Assembly (NCBI GenBank): GCA_973851085.1
Contig: OZ316776.1
Coordinates: 8,494,001-8,558,000 of the forward strand
Origin: Ptychomitrium polyphyllum
Taxonomy: Eukaryota
Reading direction: 5' to 3'
DNA length: 64,000 nucleotides
Positions 15,822 through 29,300 of the stretch are shown piece by piece. The translations under genes and the position numbers were made by a program. Numbering within the stretch: the stretch's first letter is position 1; each line of letters opens with the position of its first letter. The notes under the pieces are model-generated. The model worked only from the letters and a program-made list of their open reading frames with translations, was not told the DNA's origin and made no database searches.

Positions 15822-17642
15822 CTGGTACCTTGTTGCGCATTCGTCTTAAACTCCCAAGAGGCATTCCAGTAGGTACAGACTGTGTACTCTAAATCACTCT
15901 TCCCCTACCAGTTTTCAGAAGTAGATCTTGAGGATTCCAAGCAGGTTTTTATAATGGAGTTACGAATTAGATCACACGGTTTGAAGGAAGTAGTATCGTT
16001 AACAAGGAGTTTTCTTTCAATGCTTTGCAGAGCTTGAAGCAGCCAGGACGCGTCTTGGTTGGGAAGAATAATCATTGCTACGTCACCAAATCTTCAAGCT
16101 GATTGAAATTTGTGTTAACTCACAGTATTTTCTTTTGTGCAGAATTGAATCATCATTCTTTCTATGCAGGATCTGCTTAGTCGAGAGCTATAAGCAGATA
16201 TTCATGTAACGCGTCTGCTTAGTACGACGCTATGTATCCGGCTGTACACAGAGGTAGTAAAAAAATCTCAGCTGCACTCTTGGTACATAAGGCTATGTTG
16301 AAGAAGAGCAGGCTTCATCGGCATTTGTCTCTTACACAGGGTGATCGTTCCAGGCATTTAAGTATTCACATGGCTTGCTATAATGTCATTTCTTTTGAAT
16401 GCCAGGTCTGTTAATATCGTATTAAGGTCTTGTACAATTATTATTTTTAGTTTTATTTTGTCTTGGCCGATCAGCCCAACGAGCATCTTTCCCTCTGCAT
16501 CTTGGATTTGTTCTGTACGTTATGCTCTCAGAGTCTTCATGCACCTTTGCTTCTGGATTTGAGCTTCCATGCAATGAGTTGGTTTAGGTAGTACAGTCTC
16601 ATTGTGCATAACAGAAGGTCTATAACAGTTTTCTGTAGCATGGCTCGGATTGGGAACATCAGTAATGATAGTTTGTATCAGCACTTTGGACCCGGGAGGA
16701 CCTTTGCCACGTCTGTTCTCAATGATGGAGGGTTAAGAGACTATCACAACCCATTACAATCTTCTTGTGGAAGACATATCACCTTGGTATGAGGATGGTC
16801 AATAGAAAGCTTGAGCAGAGCTTCGTCGGAAGGTGACAACTTGAATGCTAAGACCAAATCATTTTCCATGATCTTGGCATGTGACATGGCTTAGTGTTAT
16901 CAGTTGTTACACTTCAAGCAGCAGTATGGTGTACATGTAGTAGATGGATTGATTTATACATTAGGATAACAGTTATCGATATGAGGCAAAGCTCTAGCTT
17001 GAGGGTTCTTTAATTTGTGGGACTCGCTCAGGGTCATTTACAGATAATGGATGGCTTCAGCTAGGATTGCAGACGTTCTCTAAGAGACTTACCTGTGTAA
17101 GCTTTGGAGTGCATCCAGGGCTTGCACTTAAGCTAACTTATGATACTGAACAACATGGTTATTGACCTTCATGGAGATATTATGGACTGTTATGGTAGAA
17201 CCCTTCTATTTCGTTACCTGTAGATATTGTACCCATCAATAGAAGAGAAGAAAATAAAGTTATTTTGAAACTTATCTCAACATTGGTCTAATAAAGAAAT
17301 GTTTGAAAGAAATGTGCAACAAATGGGTAATTTTTTTGACACTCTGAATGCCAAAAAAGTGCTACAATTCAAGGTGGAGCCTGTATTGAGATGCTGAACA
17401 ACACACTTTATTTTAGAACCACTTACGTTTTTACATAAGAAATAATTGCAATTTGAAGTTTTCAAAGTTTATACTTTTAACGTCCAAAATTAGATAACTG
17501 TTATCTTAATGCGTAAATCACACTTCGTATGGAAGTTATCAATAACTTGTTATGTGTAAATCACATCTTTGATCAATTCTTTCCATCTTTGTTATCTAAA
17601 ATAAATCACACTTTGTATTATTCTCTACACTATTAGCACAAC

Positions 17643-18022
17643 AATGTCACTTCACAATATAATAAATGTAATTTTAGAGCTATTCATTTCTCACTATGGA
17701 TTGTGACAATGAAAACACTTCATTAATCCTAATAACAACAAAACACTTAACTAGGATACAATGGGAAATGGTGCAAGACCACTGCTTGCCAATCCATTTT
17801 CAATGTTAACCAAGAATACAAACGACATTTGTTTAATAGATTCCAAAATGACAAAATCAAACAAATGCAACCCAACTCTTTCTAATACTGATTGATCACT
17901 GATCATTTAAGCCAAGAAGGGGTTTAATTTACAATTCCTTCCTGACACCAGAAAAACGCTATTACTAGGTGAAACATAGATTATGTCCCCGGGTCAAACA
18001 GCGCTTCACAGTACTTCCTTAC
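17643..18022. repeat. Degenerate direct duplicate of 18707-19122 (3' end of the MED15-like gene)
   Basis: Collinear shared blocks: AATGTCACTYCACAA (17643/18707), AAATGGTGCAAGACCACT (17766/18940), CTGACACCA (17942/19030) and TTACTAGG (17962/19050). Confidence 0.8.
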
Positions 18023-18234
18023 AATTTAGAGTACCTGCAGTTCAAATCGTATGAACATGTGTGACTGGTTTGTAGCTACAGTCGTTATGATGGTGGTATG
18101 TCTGTACAGTATGCTCGTTCTGCACTTCTGATCCCCTTCCAGAACATATCCATGGTTTGCAGTGACTGTTTGCTACTTGTGATCCAAACTTGGTACACTG
18201 ACGAAAAAATTGATCGGGTTTTTTGGCGAGTCAG

Positions 18235-18402
18235 ATATTTGAAGAGGAACCAGTTGACCGGGGAAATTCCTCACACCCTGGGTTACCTGTCGCAAGCATT
18301 TGAGCTCTCTTTGGGGAGGAATAACCTCACTGGCACCATACCCGTGTCCTCGCCAAGTGGGTTTCCGGTTGGACTGAATAACCTGACGTCGTTGATGATC
18401 TT
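18235..18402 (+). pseudogene. Orphan LRR exon from an LRR receptor-like kinase or protein
   Basis: Translates to YLKRNQLTGEIPHTLGYLSQAFELSLGRNNLTGTIP..GLNNLTSLMIL, matching the plant LRR consensus LxxNxLTGxIP. It is bounded by CAG| and |GTGAGT in phase 2. No neighbouring LRR or kinase exons were seen. Confidence 0.75.
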
Positions 18403-19106
18403 GTGAGTGCACACATTTGCCTTCAGCATACCGTCGAGGCTTGTGCTGATCATCTTTGCAGCGTGGAAAAACACGGCTGTGCAGAGGCTGCCCACGTTGT
18501 GTCACTAGAGTAGTGTATCTCGATCAGAAGTGGGTCACTTGAGCAGAAATTTGTTATGATTTCTCCGATGTTTCAACGAAGTGACCGTGGAAGTTGAAGG
18601 TAGTGTATGGTGATATTGTTAGTCTAAGCATCTTTCTGCGGTGGGAGTACAGGGAGCTGAAAAAGAACAACCTGGGCGGGGAGATACCCTCGTCTCTAGT
18701 GCTCCTAATGTCACTCCACAACAAAATTCAGAGTTATATGTAATTTTAATGATATATTTTTTTCACTGTAGATTGTGACACACCACTTAGCACAGTATTT
18801 ACTAAATTGAACTGGAACATTTTAGAGTCTCATTTCATGACATTTTACCCTCCCCAAACTTCCCCAAGACTAGTAATGGAAGTCTCAACATGCGCATTTT
18901 GTATACTTGGCTAACACTCGGCTAAAGCCTAGTAAGCCAAAATGGTGCAAGACCACTCCTACGTGCCAAGACCTTTCCAATGACATCAAGAACACAACCG
19001 ACAAATCGAACAAAAGCACCCAATCCTTACTGACACCACGAATAGGCTCTTACTAGGGAACACGAGCTATGAATATGCTCTATGTTTCACCAAGTTATGG
19101 AGCACT

Positions 19107-19747
19107 TTACAGTGCTCCTTGCTGACGGTGGTGACGTCTCCTCTTGAAGGTTTCCATGATGTTGACGATCTGTTTCTCGAAGGCGTCCACCTTCTCAACG
19201 TTGAATTCTTGCGGTACACGATTTTCGGGCACACGCAAGTACGGGATCATCCTATGCAAGACGTCCTTATAGTGCTTCAGCTTTTGCAGTTGCTCGGCTG
19301 GCATAGGCTGTAAAATGTCAAATACGTGATGATTCCAAATATTAGAAGCTTACGAGATGGTTCCAAACATCGCGCTCAGTATGGTCGCTCCAATGATATC
19401 ACACTTCTAAAATTTGATCAATCCTAGATAAGCAAAGCCTCGGATAAGCATGATAAGCCTAAAACATAAGGGTAAAGAGTTAATTACCTGGTTGCTGCGG
19501 GCGGTTAGCATTCCATAGAGCTCTATCATATCCTCCAGGTAAGAGTTGCTCAGAGCTTGAAGCTACACAAAAGAAAGATCATAACACTTCAATATGAAGC
19601 CAAAACTTGACATCAGAATGAACACCGATATTCCCTATATCGTTGGAAACACATGCTTGAGTGAGTCGGAGAGTCGGAAACCCATTTTTGACACACCTTG
19701 GTCCAAACTAGTCTCTTTTCGTCTTCAGGGCTCCGAGCTACGCTCAT
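19107..19747 (-). CDS. 108-aa protein consisting only of a MED15-like central helical domain, 3 exons
   Basis: Exons 19747-19697, 19562-19488 and 19307-19107 are all phase-0 GT-AG with no lesions. Protein: MSVARSPEDEKRLVWTKLQALSNSYLEDMIELYGMLTARSNQPMPAEQLQKLKHYKDVLHRMIPYLRVPENRVPQEFNVEKVDAFEKQIVNIMETFKRRRHHRQQGAL. It resembles the remembered plant MED15a segment (VYQKIKSMKETYL..QLEKL..K..LERMI.FL..KVAYYEKQII). Confidence 0.75.
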
Positions 19748-22141
19748 TCCAATAAAGCCAGGCTCTGAAATCCAAAGTGTCGCAAACCGAATCAGTAGTC
19801 TGGAACGAAAACCGACAAACTGCAGAAGCAAGTTAAAATCGATTATCGCTTCCGCTCTCCACTACGGTTAAGTGTTCTTGAGTATCTTTTCTGAGGATCC
19901 TCTGCTGATCCTTGCTGTCTTCTGTGATCCTCGGTAAAATCTGAAATACCTCATTAACCCAATTTGGGCCGATGCGAAAGTTTACGAACACTCAGAACGT
20001 ACCAGATCCCGACACCCTACAGTACCAGAGCAAAAGCCCACCCCAAAGCAATCCACACAATAACCGCCATAACCCGCAAACCCACAAAGGAAGTCCTCCT
20101 ATATCAAACCCTGATTGTGAAGTGAGGTGAGTGCAGCGACTTACTTTGCTCGAAGTCCATCCTGGGGAAGTCCAACTCAAGAGATGGCAAACCCTCCTGC
20201 CTACTAAAACACCGCAACGGTCGTTCCAAGCCTGCGTCGATGTCGAACGCCCTGCACATCACGTGACGACCAACAAAACCATCGCTCGCAGAAAACAGCC
20301 GTCCTGCCCCTCAAGTGCTCGACTCTCCTCTCCTCATCACCATCGCTGTCCCCCCACCAGCCCCCTCCTCTCCACCCTTCCTAGACTTCGATCTACCCCA
20401 TGTCTCCCACCCATAGATAAATGCCGGCTTTGGGATCAGCGACCGCCATGGGGATTCCGTGACGCGTTTTGAGCACGAGACTCTCTCCCCTGTCAACCAG
20501 CAATGGTCTTGGTCGTGACGTTCTCTACGAATTTAGCATGAATTTTCGAGTATACGACAATTTTCTTGTGTCTTAAACCTCTCATATATTACAGTTCTGT
20601 TGAATATGGACGCAACGTGGCACTGCCTCCCACGTCTACATAGATTGCCGATTGCCTTGGAAACTGGTGAGGACATTTATGATGCTGGTAGGTACTTGGT
20701 AGTGGTACAGACAACGTTGCCCAAACGCGCCGGGCGTTGTCTGTACAGAATCACGTGGACGGTGGGAACGGGGATTCTCAACGCTTCCATTGATTCCATT
20801 GGGATTCCGTTCTCGGAAGTTGCAACGAATCTGCAAATGATGAGGAATTTCTCCAGAAACATCAACCAGATACCAACCAACAGTCCACTCAGACCAAGAG
20901 CTGAGTTTACAGAAACCTTCACTTGTTCGAGATTGAGAACTGTCAGACCATAACATTGGTTTTGATCAACTATGAAATAGGCTAAGATTTGACTTGATGG
21001 TTGTTGGATTGCAGATTAAGTCCTAGACCTCTTTATAATCAAAAATGGAAAACACATTCTTTTACTATTAGTGAAGATTAGAAACGAAGGTTACCTTTTC
21101 TTGTTTGCATCATTGTTTATTTGTTCTAGCCTCAATGTTGCTTGTTATTTTAAATCAAGTTGAGTTTTGTAGTCAAGAAGGTGCGTTTGATGTGAATATG
21201 TAGTTTATGCTAACCAATTCTTGTGTTTTGCATTGTTTTAGTGTTGCAAAACATGGTTATATATGTATATATATAAATACTTGTGAGAATATTTTCTTTG
21301 TGGAATTTAGTGCCAATTTCAAATGGAATTTATGCATTCAACTTTGCAATTGTTGCTACTAACTTCTCAAATAATACATCTTCTTATAGTTTACCAAGTC
21401 TCTTTCCTATGTTTGTATATTAATATGCGTTTGAAATGTTCCCAAAATTTAAAGAAATATCTTTTGTTGCACCTATGTCGTCAAAAAGATGTTCAAGTTT
21501 ATGCCAACCAGTTGCTCAAGAATACGTCTAATTCATATTTTTGTTCCTCCTTCAACTCAAGAATTTTACACATGGGTACATGGTCCTGAGTCTTTTCTTG
21601 AAAAATTCATATTTAGTAATTTGATACAAAATCTTTTGGCAAATGTTAATAAAGCAAGGTGGGTGCAAATGAGCCTGGGGCCAACGTTAGACAAGGTTGG
21701 AGGATTGTTAGTGATGATCAAGATGGACGTGCTATCCTTGAAGTTCGCAACCTTTGAGGACCTGTTAGGGAGCCGGCGACGGTGGCACTGTGGACCTAAT
21801 ACGCCTGCCTAACTACATTCCAGAACATAAAAAAGAACATCAAGAAGGTGAAAATGCAGAGGCAAGTGAAATCCCTGCCTGACAAGACACCCCACGCCAG
21901 AAAAGTGGTGTTACCATTCATGATGGCCTAATCGGCTCAATAGTTTGAAGGATCGCTTACCATAGGGCTAAGAATGTTATGATTTTATTTCCAAAATCCC
22001 TCACAGTTCATTTGATATAGAAGGCTTCACCTCTGCCAGTATTTCCTGTACATGGCTCTATTCGTAGCACCAGAAGTTAACATTACAAAGAGTCATACCA
22101 GAATGATTGCAGGGTAGCAAACACAACCTCTAGACTATCAT

Positions 22142-25100
22142 CTATACATGATCATGCTCAGGTACAACGAAACATTGCTGATTCTCATGCCTTGCTTGCC
22201 TGACCAGTATTTCTGCTCTATGAACCTTTGCAGAAGGAGTGAGACCTAACGAAGAACCTGCACCAAGTCGTATTAAACTTCTAGAAGCCAGCATAGCTTC
22301 TGGCAGCAAAGACTGAGAAGCTCTTACATACAAAGCATTTGCAGCGTCCACAGCTGCAGATTTGAGCAATGGGGTAGTTGAAGGAGCCATAAGGCAGTGT
22401 CCAAGAATCTTAAAGATAGGACGAAGCATCTCGATCTCGAGGGACACACACAGCCCATCGGCAGACTCATCTTCATAGTCGAACTCCAAAGCTGCGTCGC
22501 GGTCGTTCTCACAGGACCATAGAGAGTTGCTTAAAGACGGCTCTGTACAGCTGAAAGAAATTTTGTTAGAAAATGCTTCCATGAAAAGCGCTGACCTGAC
22601 TTGCAAATTACCAAGGCCAGAATTTAGCTATTTCAATTGGCCTTCTTTTCTACGATCTGCGGCCCTGACTACTGGCTGGTCACATCTTTTCGTGGAAATG
22701 CGCTCTTTGATGTGAGGGACTATTGCATAAGGCAGAACCATTCACATAGAACCAGACAGAATGATTGGCTTGCAGATAGTTTAGCTCAACATCAGGGACA
22801 CCAAGTGAAATGATTCACTCAATCAGGTCAGATTTGGACAGTGTACTGTTATCCTTAAGTGTTCGCAAAGCAGATATAAAACATCCACGATCTGAATGAC
22901 AGCCTCAACCTCAGTGCCCCATATATCACATAATCAACCAGTAAACAGAGTTTAGGGTTAACCCATAGGCGAGAAATAAGGGCGCAAAAGTTACGTGATG
23001 ACATACCACCAACATCCCATCTTCCAGGGCCTCGATCTGATCTTCTCAGACGAGGTGAGTCTGGAGGTTCCTGCTCCAGGGTCAGAGCTTGGCCAATGGT
23101 CAATGCAACTCCTAAAGAGGGGGATCCACCCTCTTCCCGTATCTTAACAGGGTTTAGAGAAGGAGGGGGTGGCAATGCTAACTTAGCTATGGTCTCCACT
23201 TCATTACTCCAGCTGCAACCTTTGACTGCCCAGCTGCCATATCAAAAGATGAATCAAGATCATACAGGAGAAAATCGCTGAAACCAAACAAGGCCACGAT
23301 TTTCCGAGGACAGTGAGAACATGGCAAACAAACACAAGATAATGACAACCGGATGCCCAGCCCTTCATGCTTAACATGACAGTCGGATATTGAGAGAAGT
23401 TTCCGACCACCTTCTAGCATAATGACACATATCAAGCTTCGCTTTTGATGGCATCGAAATGATTCGCTTGCAGAATAACTCAAGGGCGACTCCTACAATC
23501 ACTGCCCGTTTTGTGCTCTTTACTGAGTTTTCAGGCTCCAAAGCCGGTGAAACGATTTCCACTCGCTGTGATCACCCAATGTGCTGAATCAAGACTAGTG
23601 GCGATGATATAGCCATTGGTAAAGTGTGTAAGATTTTGAACGAAACAGAAAACTATAGAAGCTTTATATATAAAATGAGCAATGAAAGAGAATATTGTTG
23701 GGTGTGCGGCTCACAGGTTGAGGTGTACAAACTGCCTGACGGGTTGAGTGGTAAAGGCTTGCATGCCCAAGGTCAGGGATGTTGATCATCACTGGTCTTC
23801 CTCGTGCCTTGGTTTCAGCCCCATACAATGCTAGCAAGACTGCCTCGAAACCTGCCATGAATCTTAATCAGCACATGAACCAACAAGGACATGACCAGAA
23901 AGGACATTTAAAAAAAGGTCATAACAAAAGAAGAGTGTAGAAGCTGGGAGTTATAACAGCACACTGCACATGAAAAGAGTGCAAATGCACAAAAATGAAA
24001 TGGAATGTCAGTACAAAGCACTTATGTGCAAATCAGTGCTGACGTACAAATGTATCCATCCATACCAATGACGTATTGATTAGCATCCTACCAACCAAAA
24101 CGGTTGCAGTATAGTGAATAGCAGCAGCTAAAAACCCTTGGAGCTATAGAGACAATTAATCCCCATTGACAAACCATACTCAGTTATTTGACATAGGCCA
24201 AGTTCAGAGGAATTGACTTGTGCCCTGGTTCACCGTGCATTTCTCCTATCACCAGCAAAAGAAGCATGTACTCAGAAAAGAACACTTGCAAAACTCAACA
24301 AATTTCCTTAGTCATTAAGATCTTTGAGGAAAGCAGAGGGTCCATCCTAGCTCCAAATACTTACATGAATATACCTGCTAAGGGCTCGTCAGGACTAGTG
24401 GAAACGCGAGGGAGATACACCCCACACAGAATAGGGATGAAACGAAGCACCACGAGTTGTAGCTCTGGGTCTTGCGTTTGATAAGTGTCAAAAAGCCATT
24501 GACAGACTTGGTCATTTGCCTAGCGTAAAAACACGTGAAAGACTCAGAGTTTTGAGTAGGCCTCTCACTTATAATTCGTACAACCGTTACAATGAACCAA
24601 ACCATCCCATTCAGTTGCTTGCTCAATTTCTTGGCAGGAACAATCTCCCATTCCTTGTGATATTAGTTCCCTGACATCTTACATCCCGAGACACATTACA
24701 CATCAAAAGCAAAAACCCGCTAAACTAACATGCCCCGCCGTTGGTTGCAAAATCCGTCTTGAAATCTTCTCTGCCACATTCTCATCATCCAGCAAATGTT
24801 TCGCACGCCGCTCAGATTCCTGAAAAAGAAAAAACGTTGTCCTCAACCAAAGCACCTCACTTACAACAAGAACACCAGCTCAGTTGACACTAACAGAAAG
24901 CTGCTGATCCTCTCATGCAGACACTCAACACAATGCCACTCTTCCATGCAAACTCTGTAAATAACCAAACTCCTTCACCCAGTTGCAGTGTGCGCAACTA
25001 CGCGGAATACCCAATTAAGCAAAGCATGTCCGAAATTAACAATTAGGGTGAAAAACTCGAAAACAACACCAAGATAACTAAATCTGGGTGCACCACAAAC

Positions 25101-25285
25101 TTCACATGCTCCCCACATGGCTGTCCCGAAAAACCAATGACTGATTGAAGGTGTTCACAAGATAGCGTTGATTCCCATGGAAAGAGACATACATGCACAC
25201 ATACACGTACCAGAAGCGCATGGTAGGAATCGAAAGCGCCGAGGACGTGGTAGAGCGCACGGATACGTTCGCGTGCCTTCGTCAT
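22142..25285 (-). CDS. HYC: Hyccin/FAM126 family protein (PI4K-alpha complex subunit), 7 exons, about 425 aa
   Basis: Exons 25285-25211, 24819-24730, 24519-24375, 23851-23715, 23565-23411, 23233-23007 and about 22590-22142. Motifs: CQWLFDTYQ, GFEAVLLALY, IPDL..SLYH, VKSTKRAVIVGVAL, ILGHCLMAP and LYVRAS..LPEAMLASRSL. The last acceptor and the C-terminus are less certain. Confidence 0.88.
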
Positions 25286-25416
25286 GTGTGTGTGTGTGTG
25301 TGCTGCATGCGAATCTCCCCCGGCATGGCTGCAGATTCCTCTCAACAATCTTTTCAACTTGGTGATCACACTTAATCACAACAACTTCTAATGCACACAC
25401 ACACACACACACACAC
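25285..25416. repeat. (TG)9 and (CA)11 microsatellites in inverted orientation
   Basis: TG run at 25285-25302 and CA run at 25394-25416. Confidence 0.9.
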
Positions 25417-26386
25417 TCACATATAGCGAGCAAGCAACCAAGGAGGAACATTGCCATGTGATACGTGGGTGATACTGGGCAATACCATGATGATACTTCG
25501 GTGCAATCTGACTGCACACCTTAATCTTTCGTAAGAGTTTGGATACTATTTTCATTCCCGTTGTGAAGAAGCCTTCGTTACTATTGAGGACTGTATTATA
25601 TTATTAAGTGCTGGAAATTGGCGACAGATAGCATTGAATGTTCTTTGGATGACCAGTTTTAGTAGATTTGCAGGATATTTAGATTTGTTAGATTTATACA
25701 CTATTCACAATTTTTTGGCAACTTTGACATAATGAACTTCTACAACATGTACTGTATGTCAGCACCAAGCTAAGAAAAAAGTATAGGGAGTAACTGATGT
25801 TGAAGGCAGATTAATTCCCGATGTAGCTCCAAAATTATACAAGGAAAGGTAATGCTTGATGAGTAACTTGGTATGATTAAAAAAACTATCTATGGACATT
25901 GATGCAGCACTGCAACTAAACAATGTAAGGGAACAACTGAATTGAAGGTGCGTCTGCAAATAACTCATAAGCACGCTATTGTCCTTGCTGCTGCTGCGTC
26001 GTTGTTCTGCTGAACCTGTGAAATCCTATCAGCACCTAAACCTACACCTCTCAGATTTGTGCGCGAGCTTGTAAAGGAGCTAAGATTTAAATGATAGTAC
26101 GCTGTGTGGAATAAAAATTGTGCACAAAAAATTAATGTGGACAAGGACCACCAACTTACACAGGATGGACAGTGTATGAATGATCCGCTTGACTTACATC
26201 AGGCGGGTTCCAGAAAACCTTCTTGGCATTCCACAGATTGAAAACATAGCAAAAGTTGGGCTAAGGATTGTTTGAAATCCGGTAGAAGAATACATGCGAG
26301 CTTCCCAAACTGGAACTTGAATGTGCACATTATCCTGCTTGCTTCTGCTGTTAAAGATACTGTGAACCTCAAGGTTACAGGTAGGG

Positions 26387-29300
26387 TCAGCTGGGTCCAT
26401 ATGTTGGTGCAGTATAACGATGAGCATCTGCAAACTCTCGAAGCACACGTTTCAGCATGCGACCCCCATCTCCCTGAAGGTAGCCTCCACCTGTCCGGCC
26501 TCCATTACCCATTGACGTTTTGGACTTGTACACATCACCTGCTGCAGCTTCCATAGCTTTAAGCCATATGGGTATCAGGGTCTCTACTTCCCCAGGTTTC
26601 AAGTACTCGGACGGCAAAACTTGAACCTGGATCGCAGATTAAAAAACTGAACATTAGATACTAGACCACAATTACAAACAAGCCTCCAGTAAACATATTC
26701 AAAATAAATGACGGTCTGAATGAACATACGGAGGAAACCGAATCAAAAAGCCGCTTTAAGCAAGAGGCACAAAACCGAAAATTTTGCGAGTAGAATCTAA
26801 CCAAAATAATCTAGTTAGGGCAATGAAGACGAGCAGAATAAGATCTAGCTCAGAAAAATAACCTGAGAACAATGATGCACTTTGTGTTATCTGAAGATGG
26901 GCCTAGTCCACTGGGGAAGTAGAGTAGTTAAGAGGCAGAGAAGATGATAGAAAACTAATTACGAGTAATACTGACCGCAGAAACGAGCCAGGCTTGCAAG
27001 GTTGACGAATTCAAAGGTGACTGACTGTCTGCATTTCCACTCAAGTAGCATAAAGCTGAAAGCTGCTGTAGTATTGTAGTTGCCTTGTGAACCTGCGTTA
27101 AATTTCTTAAACAATAAGATTAAAAAGCCACAGATTTTCTGTTGCACATTGAAAACTATCAACTTGAATTACAGTGAAAAGATGTTTAAGACACGAAGCT
27201 CTTCAAAACTCACCCTCGTCATGGCAGATACTCCTAGTAAGGCATATATTATGCCTGAGACAACATTTTCGCCACATTGCATACATATTCTTGTAACAGC
27301 AGCCAAAAGAGATCCCTCCAAAGAAACACCTCTGGGAGCGGTAACTGCTGACAACGCAACTTCTAAAAAATCTGTTCAAAAAGAAGGATGGTGATCAGCT
27401 TGACCTGGATATCAATACAAACATGCAAGCTGATGAAAAACACACCTCTTTCAATTCCTATGACAACTATCGAACGTACATGTGTAGCATGATATGAATG
27501 TTCTAATGATAATTGGGAGTCTCAAGTGTCCCCAATAACTGAATACTTAGACAGCCTTAAGTTCATAGGAACGCACTTGACATGTAGGACATGGCAGCCA
27601 AGGCTGCCCCCCGATGCATTGCTGTGCAGCAGATAGATGCACGGTTGAATGAAATCTCCAAGAGAGTGTCTGCAGCTGCCACAACTTCCTGTATTCATAC
27701 AATTATCTCAGACAAACAAAAAATTGGACGTCTAATCAACAGAACAGTAATAAAAATGATATGCATAATTCAGCCTATGGAGGACTCATTTCACTTTATG
27801 AACGAACTAGCTAAGACTAGTCTGCTATGCTTGATCGATTCAACATCGCATTTCCATCCGTTCTACACTAAAAGAAAACAAAGATGACTATCATATATTA
27901 CAGAATATGCAGGGTCCAGGAAGATTGATCAGGATGCTCATTACATGGGGGCAGTTGCGCACAAAAATGGACAATAAACCGAAGTAAGCCTCGGCAAGCT
28001 CTGGTTCTTGGTCGCATGAATACGAAGTGGTCATTGCGGCCATGGCTTCCGAGGACGTCAAGACAAGCAACGTCTCCACAAAAAGAGGCCCATGTTCTTT
28101 CTCGTGACCAAACTCCTCCACTGCAACACCAGCTGAAAAGTTGCAACATATGTCCCCAGACGGGAAGTTAGAACTATAACAACAAATAAAAAGGGCAAGG
28201 CAATAAAAATTAATGGAAGGTATATTAAATACACCGGTTTAAATTCATATTCTCAATCGACTCTTGTGGATTAAAAAGACAATCCACAAACAGAATCGCA
28301 CCTGTTTTTAGGAAGCAGACATGTGATTGGAAGGATAGAAAGTCATTAGACATAGCTGCCATGATATTAGGAAGCAAAGAAGAAAACAGCCGCCCTGCAT
28401 TTGCAACAGACTCGGTTAAAAGAGATGCCTATATTAGTATAGATGACATTGTATCACCCACACTTTATGAGCAAATAACCTCGAGATCAAAAACATTTAA
28501 CAGGTTTGACACGTTAAACTGGAAACATAGCTGCATGGATTGTACTCGAAAGCTGTTAAGGCAACCAAACAAAATACGCAAAAACAAAACAAACCAACCT
28601 GATGCTTGAATGGCCTGTGACAGCGACTTGCAAGTTGTCTGCGCCAAACTGGAATCCTCCATATGATGAGAAGCAAGTAATCTCTCAAACAAAGGCCAGA
28701 AATGTGCAATAATTCTCAAAACCGGTTCATCCCCATGAGACGGTAGTGAAATAGCTCCAGTCAGCTGACCAAACAGAACTCCTATTCTGCAGCACAAGCG
28801 CACAAGAGTGTCCCGTAAGCAGAAATAAGATCGCACTTAGAAACCTTTCGATTTGGTTGAAAGCTCTTATTATTTTGAGGGTTCAGTAATCTAAAATTGG
28901 TTAGAGTGCTTTAAATCTACTCGACAGTATGCAGAAACTTACCAATTTCTTCTCTAGTCAACTGAATTCTAACCAAGTCATAGAATTCTTTTGATGATAT
29001 TCATCCCTTAATAACAATCCATAAGTATTTAAGGTCACGCTAGCAGGGAGAACATATTACGTTAGTCTCCATCGAGTCCCAACGCACAAGAGCTCTGATT
29101 AATTCAAAATCGGAGTTGACACAGCTAGTTGCAAAGCATCTCTTTACCTATGAACTGCCCTGACGCCAGCTTCTAAAGCAGCCGAATATGCTGTTGAATG
29201 AAGTCTAAGTGTACCCTCACTGTCTGAACTCAACTGCACATATCCATTCCGAGAGTCCCATATCCAAACCATCAAACACTTTCTTCAAGTACGTCAACAC

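Noticed and set aside
16600..17260. Exon-like remnants downstream of ATG9
   Set aside because: Multiple stops and no family could be assigned.
20600..21812. Several 80-117 aa ORFs, possible TE fragment
   Set aside because: No recognisable motif, terminal repeat or target-site duplication.
24860..24950. Alternative hyccin first exon (MEEWHCVECL..)
   Set aside because: Wrong phase and the implied intron is only about 45 nt; 25285-25211 fits better.
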